43,221 nucleotides of DNA from contig DATHQY010000448.1 in assembly GCA_035482215.1 (NCBI GenBank), positions 1 through 43,221 of the forward strand, in the 5' to 3' direction. This stretch comes from Polyangiaceae bacterium. Lineage in GTDB: Bacteria > Myxococcota_A > Polyangia > Polyangiales > Polyangiaceae. Positions 8,755 through 16,295 of this stretch are shown here, piece after piece (position 1 is the first letter of the stretch; every line of letters starts with the position of its first letter). The notes under the pieces are model-generated. The model saw nothing but the letters and a program-made list of their open reading frames with translations, did no database searches and was not told the origin of the DNA. The position numbers were made by a program, and so were the translations under genes.

Positions 8755-9627
8755 TCAGGCGCGCCGGGCGATGAACAGCATCTCGCCGGGGAGCCGGAGC
8801 GTAATCACGGGCTTCAGCTTGAACACCAGATTGGTGACCGCCGAGAGGACACCGTGGAGAGGGTAGCGCCGCAGCGAGTTGGAGATCGTCGAGGCTGTAG
8901 CTGCGAACGGGTAGAGCTCGGTCGTCACGTGCTCCAACCCCGCTAGCTTTGCGACACGCTCGAGGCTCGCCTGGGTGAAGTACTGGATGTGCTGTCCTTG
9001 CCAATACCACCAGCGGCGACCGAGGAGGCGCGGCAGCCAGGCGTTCACGTCCCCCGTCCAAATCACGACGATGCCGCCCGGTCGCAGGAGCCTGGCGATA
9101 TTCTCCATCTCGGCGCGCGGGTCCGGGAAGTGCTCGATGACGCCGATGAGCGACACGACATCGAAGCGCTGGCCCGCGTCCTTCGCGAACGTCGCCAGGG
9201 GAACGTCGTGCACGGTGAAGCCGCGCTCGCGCGCGATCGCGCACGACCACGCCGAAAGCTCCACGCCCTCGACGTCGAAGCCGGCCTGGCGCCCCGCCTC
9301 GAGGAAGTCACCCGTCGCGCAGCCGACGTCGAGCAGCTTTCGTCCCGCGGTCTTTTTGGCGACGGTACGCAAGACCGACGCGGCCGCGAGGCGCCTCGAT
9401 TCGGCGTGCTTCAGGTACTCCTCGTCGACGACGTCGTGGTAGCTCTCGGTGACGCGCTGCGGGAGCGGAGAACAAAACACGTGCGTGCAGGTTCTGCAAC
9501 GCACCACGCGAAAGGTGCGCGTGTGCTCCGGCCGGAAGGAATACGAAAAGGAAACCTGGTCCAGACGCTCGATGTCGGCTGGCCGGACCTCTTCGATCTC
9601 GGACCCGCCGCAGATGACGCAGGGCAT
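8755..9627 (-). CDS. Class I SAM-dependent methyltransferase with an N-terminal zinc ribbon
   Basis: Zinc ribbon residues are CVICGG...CRTCTH. The SAM motif I is LLDVGCATGDFL, followed by FDVVSLIGVIEHFPDP and LRPGGIVVI. Confidence 0.85.
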   Translation of the reverse strand: MPCVICGGSEIEEVRPADIERLDQVSFSYSFRPEHTRTFRVVRCRTCTHVFCSPLPQRVTESYHDVVDEEYLKHAESRRLAAASVLRTVAKKTAGRKLLDVGCATGDFLEAGRQAGFDVEGVELSAWSCAIARERGFTVHDVPLATFAKDAGQRFDVVSLIGVIEHFPDPRAEMENIARLLRPGGIVVIWTGDVNAWLPRLLGRRWWYWQGQHIQYFTQASLERVAKLAGLEHVTTELYPFAATASTISNSLRRYPLHGVLSAVTNLVFKLKPVITLRLPGEMLFIARRA

Positions 9628-9725
9628 GGGGACCCCTGTTTAGATCAATTGGCCCGAAAATGCGCGCCGTCTCTCGCCCGATGACGGATCTGCGCGCCCC
9701 GTGGTACAAACGCGGTCGAACGCTC

Positions 9726-11150
9726 ATGTCGCCCAAGACGTTGATCTTCATTCCGACCTACAACGAACGGGACAACGTCGGTCCCATGTGCGAGCAGATT
9801 CTTGCGCTTGGGCTCGACGCTGACCTCATGTTCATGGATGACGGCTCGCCGGATGGGACCGGCCAGGTGCTCGACGGGCTTGCCGCGAGACACCCGCGGG
9901 TTCGGGTCGTTCACCGCGCCGGCAAAGCGGGCATCGGCAGCGCTCACAAGGCGGGGATCAATCTCGCGTACGACGAGGGCTATGAGCGGCTCGTGACGCT
10001 CGACTGCGATTTCACGCATCGCCCGGAGATGATTCCCCAGTTCCTCGAGCGTAACGAAACCGCCGATGTCGTGGTGGGGTCACGTTACCTCGAGGCGGGG
10101 AGCCTCCCCGGCTGGTCGGCGCTCCGCAAGTCGCTCACGACGCTTGGCCACGTGCTCACGAAGAACGTGCTCGGAATTTCGCAAGATGCGACCGGAGCCT
10201 TCCGTGCTTACAACCTGACGACGATTCGGCGCGATCTCTTCAATCTCGTTCAGTCGAACGGCTATGCCTTCTTCTTCGAGAGCATGCTCGTGATGCAGCG
10301 AAACGGGCTGGCGGTTGCGGAGATCCCGATCACACTGCCCGCGCGTACGTACGGCAGTTCGAAGATGTCGGTCGCGGAAGTGCGGCGTAGCGTCACGACG
10401 CTCATGACGCTCTTCATCCAGGACCAGACGAATCCGGGGCGCTTCCGGGCCGGCAAGCGGTCCTTGACCCTTGATCCGGCGCTCGTCGATCCGCAAAACT
10501 GGAACGAGTACTGGGACGCAAAATCCGCCAAGACAACGGCCGCATACGACCTCGTGGCGGCGCTCTATCGCAACGCGATCATCAAGCGCCGGCTCGAATC
10601 GACGATCTCGCACGAGTTCGCGCAGGGCGCGCGTCTACTGCACGCTGGATGCGGGGGTGGACCCGTCGACGCGGACCTGCACCAGAAGGTCCGGATCACG
10701 GCCGTCGACATCTCGCCTTCGGCGCTCGACCTTTATCGCCGTAGCAATCCCGACGCTGAGGACGTTCGCCACGCCGACATCATGAATCTGCCGTTTGCCG
10801 ACAACAGCTTCGACGGCGCCTACAACCTGGGGGTGGTCGAGCATTTCGATCGGGACCAGCTCGCGAAGGTGTTCTCCGAGCTGCGGCGCGTGCTCAAGCC
10901 GAACGGGAAGCTCGTCGTGTTCTGGCCGCATGCGCGTGCGACGAGCGTCGCCGCCCTCGGCGCCGCCCACTGGCTGCTGAACGACGTCATGCACAAGAAC
11001 GTTCGCCTTCATCCGCCGGAGGTCTCGCTGGTGCACTCGGCGCGCGAGGCCGCGGAGCTCCTCGCGTCCGGCGGCTTCGACCTCAAGTCGTACGAATTCG
11101 GCCCTGAAGACTTCTTCGTGCAGGCGAAGATCGTCGCGACCGTTCACTAG
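9726..11150 (+). CDS. Fusion of a Dpm1/Ppm1-like polyprenyl-phosphate glycosyltransferase (GT2) with a C-terminal SAM methyltransferase
   Basis: The GT2 part has LIFIPTYNERDN, FMDDGSPDGT, TLDCDFTHRP and VVGSRY. The methyltransferase part has LLHAGCGGGP, GVVEHF and LKPNGKLVVF. I placed the start at ATG 9726 (MSPKTLIF); the alternative ATG at 9660 would add 22 residues. Confidence 0.8.
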   Translation: MSPKTLIFIPTYNERDNVGPMCEQILALGLDADLMFMDDGSPDGTGQVLDGLAARHPRVRVVHRAGKAGIGSAHKAGINLAYDEGYERLVTLDCDFTHRPEMIPQFLERNETADVVVGSRYLEAGSLPGWSALRKSLTTLGHVLTKNVLGISQDATGAFRAYNLTTIRRDLFNLVQSNGYAFFFESMLVMQRNGLAVAEIPITLPARTYGSSKMSVAEVRRSVTTLMTLFIQDQTNPGRFRAGKRSLTLDPALVDPQNWNEYWDAKSAKTTAAYDLVAALYRNAIIKRRLESTISHEFAQGARLLHAGCGGGPVDADLHQKVRITAVDISPSALDLYRRSNPDAEDVRHADIMNLPFADNSFDGAYNLGVVEHFDRDQLAKVFSELRRVLKPNGKLVVFWPHARATSVAALGAAHWLLNDVMHKNVRLHPPEVSLVHSAREAAELLASGGFDLKSYEFGPEDFFVQAKIVATVH

Positions 11151-11153
11151 GCG

Positions 11154-12023
11154 TCAGTCCGCCATCATCATCGAAGCGAGCTCCCCGAAGGCGACGCGCG
11201 CACGCCATCCGAGGGCACACAAACGCTCGGGACGCGACACGAGCCGCGGATACTCCGCCCGGAAGCCGCTCCTGATTCGGACGTGGTCGCGCCAGGCGAG
11301 ATTCACGCGCGAAAAACAGGCCTCCAGCCACTGTTCGACGGAGTGCCCATCGCCCGTGCCGATCACGGCCTCGAAAACTTCGTCCTGGCTTGCGAGCATC
11401 ACGGCGGCCTCCATCGTGTCGCCCGCGAACGTCCACTCCTTGATGACGGACGGATCACCGATCTCGAGCGTCTCGTCGCTGCCGGCGGCAATACGACGGG
11501 CCGCCTGCGCGATCGTCATCGAGAGATGCCCGATGCCTCGGCGCGGGCTCTCATGGTGGAACAGGTACCCAACGTAGGCCTTGACTCCAAGGGAACGAAA
11601 GTAGCGAGCCGCGTAAACGGACTGGATCCGGGCGACGGCGTACGCGCTGCTGGCCTCGAAAGGCGTGTTCTCGTCGATTGGCTGCCCGACGTTACGAAAC
11701 TGAACGGCCGAGCCGGCGATGAATACCCGCGCCCCAGGCGCATGTGTGCGGACCGCCTCGAGGACGTTGAGGCAACCAGTCGAGATCGCGGCGTGGTTCT
11801 CGTAGAGCGCCTCGTGGCGTGTCGTGGACCGCGCCGCGAGGTGGAAGATGTAGTGCGGGCGCGTGCTCGCGATGACGGCCGATACAGCTTCGCCGTCGGC
11901 GACGTCGAGGCGTGACCAGGGGCCCGACCGCGAAAAGCCGGTGGCTTCCACGCCGCGGCCGCGCAACGCCTCGATGAGATAGGGGCCGTCTTGGCCGTTG
12001 GCGCCGAGGACGAGCGCTTTCAC
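11154..12023 (-). CDS. GDP-mannose 4,6-dehydratase-family protein, short and with substituted catalytic residues
   Basis: GMD hallmarks are present (LGANGQDGPYL, FHHESPRRG). By my hand alignment, the GMD ASTSE motif reads AGSAV and YAVAK reads YAVAR. The GTG start at 12021-12023 lies 6 nt after the C-methyltransferase stop. Confidence 0.7.
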   Translation of the reverse strand: MKALVLGANGQDGPYLIEALRGRGVEATGFSRSGPWSRLDVADGEAVSAVIASTRPHYIFHLAARSTTRHEALYENHAAISTGCLNVLEAVRTHAPGARVFIAGSAVQFRNVGQPIDENTPFEASSAYAVARIQSVYAARYFRSLGVKAYVGYLFHHESPRRGIGHLSMTIAQAARRIAAGSDETLEIGDPSVIKEWTFAGDTMEAAVMLASQDEVFEAVIGTGDGHSVEQWLEACFSRVNLAWRDHVRIRSGFRAEYPRLVSRPERLCALGWRARVAFGELASMMMAD

Positions 12024-12029
12024 GCGCCG

Positions 12030-13301
12030 CTATCCCTTCGCTGCGCCCCGGACGATCTCGATGGTCGGCAGCGGGAAGATCATGCCGACGCCGGAGGCGA
12101 GCAGCGCCTTCTCGCGTTCGACGAACTCGTCGCGAAAGTGCCAGGGCAATACTAGATAGTAATCCGGCTTCGCCTTCCGCGACTCCTCTTCGCTCACGAT
12201 GAGGATGTCGGAGCCGAGCGTGCGCGCGCCGAACTTGTCGGGGTTACGTTCGGCCGCGACGTCGACGAGGCGGCTGTCGATACCGCACCACTGGAGGATC
12301 GTGTTGCCCTTCGTCGACGCGCCGTAAGCGTGGATGCGCTTGCCCTCGGCGCGCAGCTTCCGCAACAGCGCGAGCAGCTCCTGCTTGTGGACGTTCACGC
12401 GCTCCTGGAAGTTTCTGTACGGCTGGTCCGTGTCGAGTTCGAGGTCGAACTCTTCCTGGCGCAGGCGCTTGATGTTGGCCGTGAACTCGTCGCGCCGATA
12501 ACGCCCATTGTCGGCATGCGTGGCATAGCAGCGGATCGAGCCGCCGTTGCTGGCATTGAGCGAGACGTTCACGAGCCGCAGATCGGCCTCCCGCATGATG
12601 CGCTCGAGCACGGCGAGGCTGTAATACTCGAGGTGCTCGTGGCAGATCGTGTCGTAGCTCGTCATGCGGAGCATGGTCGGCATGTACGACATCTCGACGC
12701 ACCAGAGACCGTCGGGCGAAAGGACGCGCTTGATGGCCCGGACGAACGCGATGGGATCTTCGAGATCGTAGAACATCGCGATCGACGTCACGATGTCGCA
12801 GGACTTCCCTGCGAGGGCGCTGGACAGATCTTCCGAGGGGAAGAGATCGTGGACGACGGTGATACCGGCCGGCACTTCGTTGGCAAGATCGGAGGGGTCT
12901 ACGCCGAACTTCGTGAACGACGCCGGATACGACTTGAGCAGCGTGCCGTCGTTGCATCCGATGTCGAGCACACGCGCGCCGGGCTTGCCGTAGAGGGTGG
13001 CTGCCTCCTCGGCGATCGCGCCGAGGTGGTTCGTCATCGTCGCGTTCGTGCCCGATCGATACCAGTAAACCGAGTAGAGAACCTCGGGCGGCACCGTATG
13101 CTCCGTTTGCAGGAGGCCGCACGCCTTCTCGTCGATCTCCGGGTTGCACCGCACGAGTGACGTCGGCACGCGCCGCATCGGCGGGACCTGACGCCCGGGC
13201 TTGAGGAACGAGCCCTGGAGGTGCTGCTCGCCGAGGTCGATGACCTTGGTCAACGACGACGACTTGCAGACCCGGCACGTGGTTCGACGCGTGAGGTGCA
13301 T
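12030..13301 (-). CDS. NDP-sugar C-methyltransferase (TylCIII-like; zinc-binding N-domain + SAM MTase + C-methyltransferase C-domain)
   Basis: The N-terminus has CRVCKS...LVRC, then YWYRSGTNATM, the SAM motif VLDIGCNDG, and HLEYYS. At 423 aa it fits this family. Confidence 0.8.
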   Translation of the reverse strand: MHLTRRTTCRVCKSSSLTKVIDLGEQHLQGSFLKPGRQVPPMRRVPTSLVRCNPEIDEKACGLLQTEHTVPPEVLYSVYWYRSGTNATMTNHLGAIAEEAATLYGKPGARVLDIGCNDGTLLKSYPASFTKFGVDPSDLANEVPAGITVVHDLFPSEDLSSALAGKSCDIVTSIAMFYDLEDPIAFVRAIKRVLSPDGLWCVEMSYMPTMLRMTSYDTICHEHLEYYSLAVLERIMREADLRLVNVSLNASNGGSIRCYATHADNGRYRRDEFTANIKRLRQEEFDLELDTDQPYRNFQERVNVHKQELLALLRKLRAEGKRIHAYGASTKGNTILQWCGIDSRLVDVAAERNPDKFGARTLGSDILIVSEEESRKAKPDYYLVLPWHFRDEFVEREKALLASGVGMIFPLPTIEIVRGAAKG

Positions 13302-13315
13302 GAGGGGCCGAGGAA

Positions 13316-13344
13316 GCTACCTCCTTTTTTGACGTCGAGGTAGC
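13316..13344. repeat. 8-bp inverted repeat GCTACCTC-N13-GAGGTAGC with a T6 tract in the spacer
   Basis: The arms at 13316-13323 and 13337-13344 are perfectly complementary. The element lies in the divergent intergenic region between the C-methyltransferase and the discoidin-domain gene. Confidence 0.5.
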
Positions 13345-13478
13345 GTTTCGCGCGGCGCGACGCGAGGGGGTTACGTGCGCCGCGGGGCCGCCCGGACGAG
13401 GCGAGTCGCCGTCGAACCGGGGCCGCGTTGAAGCCTTTGGGCAGCACGAGCGGCGGCGTTTGCGCCTTGCGCCTCCCC

Positions 13479-14501
13479 ATGGACGCCGCTAAACACCGGG
13501 CGGTGCGAGGAGCGCAGATTGTGGCCGCTACGCGCGCCAGCCTGCGCGAATTCTTCTTGCTCGAAGACGCCGGTCGCCGCAGCGCCGCGACCGGCGCCAT
13601 GGATCGCGAATCGATCTTGGCATACTACGACGCCGCCCAGCGTAGGCGCGCCGTCGCAAATTCTCTCAGCGTTCCGGCGGAGACTCCAGCGGGCCTCATC
13701 CTCTACAGAGATGCGTGCCTGTGTCTCATCCAGGCGGTGCTCCTGGCGACGTCTGGAGGGAGCAAGCCGGGCGTCGAGGTGACGGAGCCGGAGGCGGCAT
13801 GGGAAGCTGTCAATCGCGTCGTCGATGATTGGGCCCCCGTCCCTCCGGCCGACCTCGAGTGCGTGCGCGATGTGCTCTTCGCCCGAGATCTGCTCGCGCT
13901 CGATCGGTTCTCGACCGAGGAGGCCGCGCGCCACTCGGCCGCACTTCGCGCCGCGCTCCAGCGTCTTTCGCGGTTCGTCGAGCCGCGTTCGCCGCTCCAG
14001 ATCCAACGCGAACGTCGGACTCGCCAGGCGCTGGCCGTTCTCGTCGTCGGCACGCTCCTGGTGACCCTCGCGGTGCGGTGGATGAGCCCATCCAACTTGG
14101 CGTTGAACCGCCCCGTCTCGTCCAGCCCTGTGGCCTTCGACACCACCGCCGCGGCCGCGGTGGACGGCGCGAAAAGCGAGCGGTTCGATTTCCATACCCA
14201 GACCGTGAACTCGCCCCAGCTGACCGTCGATCTCGGGAAAACGCGGGAGATCGCCAAGGTCAAAGTCTTCGGACGCGGCGACTGCTGTTTCGATCAGTCG
14301 TTGCCGCTGGTGCTCGAAGTCTCGACGGACGGCATCTCTTTTCGGCCGCTTGCCGAGCGCACGACGGCGTTCAGCACGAGCGATCCCTGGATCGTCCAAA
14401 TCGGCGCCCGCGAGAACGCGCGCTTCGTTCGCTTGCGCTGCAGAGGGGAGGGCGCTCTCGTGCTGAACGAGGTCGAAGTCTACGGGAGGCCCTGGCAATA
14501 G
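13479..14501 (+). CDS. Single-pass membrane protein with a C-terminal discoidin (F5/8 type C) carbohydrate-binding domain
   Basis: The TM segment is ALAVLVVGTLLVTLAV. The C-terminal ~140 aa carry QLTVDLGKTREIAKVKVFG...ARFVRLRC...LNEVEVYG. The start is uncertain: TTG 13428, ATG 13479 and ATG 13599 are all possible. Confidence 0.7.
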   Translation: MDAAKHRAVRGAQIVAATRASLREFFLLEDAGRRSAATGAMDRESILAYYDAAQRRRAVANSLSVPAETPAGLILYRDACLCLIQAVLLATSGGSKPGVEVTEPEAAWEAVNRVVDDWAPVPPADLECVRDVLFARDLLALDRFSTEEAARHSAALRAALQRLSRFVEPRSPLQIQRERRTRQALAVLVVGTLLVTLAVRWMSPSNLALNRPVSSSPVAFDTTAAAAVDGAKSERFDFHTQTVNSPQLTVDLGKTREIAKVKVFGRGDCCFDQSLPLVLEVSTDGISFRPLAERTTAFSTSDPWIVQIGARENARFVRLRCRGEGALVLNEVEVYGRPWQ

Positions 14502-14538
14502 TCGCTAGTCGCGCACGATCGACGGCGGGTGCGGGAAC

Positions 14539-14757
14539 TCACTCCGCGCGTTCCAGCCAGATTCGCACCTCGCCCGGCTCCTCTCCGCGTTCGACGTGGA
14601 CGACGCGCGGCCGGCAGCAGACAGCGCAGTCTTCGATGTACTCCTGGGCGTCCCCACCCCCGGCGTCGACGTAGAGGTCGTCGACCTGGCCGCAGAAGGG
14701 GCACTCGACCGAGGAGGGCGTTCGCTTCGGCTTTCTACGCCGTCGCTTCGTGCTCAT
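14539..14757 (-). CDS. CPXCG-motif cysteine-rich small protein with a basic N-terminal extension
   Basis: ECPFCGQ...YIEDCAVCCRP matches the CPXCG family pattern. The protein is 72 aa. Confidence 0.75.
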   Translation of the reverse strand: MSTKRRRRKPKRTPSSVECPFCGQVDDLYVDAGGGDAQEYIEDCAVCCRPRVVHVERGEEPGEVRIWLERAE

Positions 14758-14826
14758 ACAGGCAGAGCGTATCCGTCCGGAGCACCCGTTTCACGCGCGG
14801 CACGTCGGCGGGCACATTCTGCCTGT

Positions 14827-16287
14827 TCACCTCGGCGGCGGCCCGTAGAGCGTCGCTCGCCAGTCTGCGTATCCGTACGTCCCGGCGATCGATTGAACCG
14901 GCGTCCACGACGAGTCGACCTCGAGGATTTCCCCCGACGTGGAATACGTAATCAGCGTATTGCCGTTTGGGAGCCGCTGCACGTCCCCGAGGACGGTGCT
15001 GGACAAGCTTCCCGACGTGAAGTCAAAGGCCGACGTGGCAGACATCGGGCTCCCGGCATTCAGCTGAAATTCCAGGATGTCGGATGGGCCACCGGTATTG
15101 TTGTTGAACACGAGCATCGTGCCGTCATCGAGGAGATGGTGACCGTGATTCACGTGCCAGCTCTCCGAGACACAATGCGCCGCGCCCGCCGGCGCGTTGG
15201 CGCAGCTACCGCCGAATTGCCACTGGAGAATTCCAGCCTCCGAGACCTTGACGTAGAGGTTCGGGTACCGATCGCCGATGGTGAACGTGTCGTCGACGGG
15301 GTGGTACAGGATCGAGTTGCAGTGGTACGACACCGTCGACGGTTCGCCCGTGGTCCCGGCTCCCACGTAAAGGTTCGGGCCGATCGCGAAGACGGTCGTC
15401 GGCGAGCCTGACCCGTCGGAGCTCATCTCGACGAGATTGCTCGCCACGTCGACGTCGCTGCCATTCCACACCATGGCGGCGATTTTCCCCGGGAGCACCG
15501 CGAAGTCGTGATGAGCATTCGCGAGGCCGGCGATGTTCGTCATCCCGGTCTGTCCGTCCATCGAGACCCATCGCATCTCGCCGCCCGAGTTGTCCTCGTT
15601 GGCGGCCACCATCCACATGTTGGCGCCCTCGTAGTCCATGCGGGCGCGGGTGCATTGAATCGGTGCGGCCGCAAACCATACCATCGTACCGTCGGCGTCG
15701 ATGATGACGGCGTAGTTGCCGTACGTGACCCCGCTGCTCGTGACGATGAACCCCTTCGCCTGCGCGGCCGCGTTGAAGACCGTACGCGAGATCGCCGGAA
15801 TCATCGCTGTCGGTACTTCGTTCAGGACCCCCGTCGTTGGCAGCGTGTAATCCGAACTTCTGCAGACCGCGCCGCTCCCGTCCTGCGCCTCGATGTGGAA
15901 CGTGTAGTCGCTCGATGGCTTCAGCCCGAGCAGCAACGTTCTGTAGTTCGCCCTCGTCAGGTCCACGGGGGCCGTGCCACCCGTATTGAGCACGCCGGAG
16001 GGCGCGCCATTCAGCGTGTAGACGATGCTGGCGCTCGCCGGGGCCGCCAGGGTGGTCGACCACTCGACGACACCCACCGTGGCCATCCCCGGGCTGATCG
16101 CATTCGTGAGGATCGAAAAGGAGCAACTCGCGGCACCGCCGTCGTCCCCCGCCGAGGGCATCGCGTCCCCCGCGCCGATCACTTCGCCGTCGGAGCGTCC
16201 CCCGTCCGCTCCGGGCCTTGGCGAGGTCGAGTCACCCGACCCGCAACACGCCAGGATGAGCAGCACCGGGGCGAAGCGGGACGACAT
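14827..16287 (-). CDS. Lipoprotein, arylsulfotransferase (ASST)-like beta-propeller with an N-terminal beta-sandwich
   Basis: The lipobox is MSSRFAPVLLILACCG. ASST-like motifs are ESWHVNHGHHLLDDG and LPNGNTLITYS. ATG at 16285-16287 lies 8 nt after the upstream gene's stop. Confidence 0.65.
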   Translation of the reverse strand: MSSRFAPVLLILACCGSGDSTSPRPGADGGRSDGEVIGAGDAMPSAGDDGGAASCSFSILTNAISPGMATVGVVEWSTTLAAPASASIVYTLNGAPSGVLNTGGTAPVDLTRANYRTLLLGLKPSSDYTFHIEAQDGSGAVCRSSDYTLPTTGVLNEVPTAMIPAISRTVFNAAAQAKGFIVTSSGVTYGNYAVIIDADGTMVWFAAAPIQCTRARMDYEGANMWMVAANEDNSGGEMRWVSMDGQTGMTNIAGLANAHHDFAVLPGKIAAMVWNGSDVDVASNLVEMSSDGSGSPTTVFAIGPNLYVGAGTTGEPSTVSYHCNSILYHPVDDTFTIGDRYPNLYVKVSEAGILQWQFGGSCANAPAGAAHCVSESWHVNHGHHLLDDGTMLVFNNNTGGPSDILEFQLNAGSPMSATSAFDFTSGSLSSTVLGDVQRLPNGNTLITYSTSGEILEVDSSWTPVQSIAGTYGYADWRATLYGPPPR

Positions 16288-16295
16288 GAAAAACA

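Noticed and set aside
9660-9725. ATG 9660 as the start of the GT2-MTase fusion
   Set aside because: GT2 enzymes of this type usually begin a few residues before the IPTYNE strand. The extra 22 residues (MRAVSRPMTDLRAPWYKRGRTL) look non-conserved. The choice is not decisive, so the alternative is noted in the feature.
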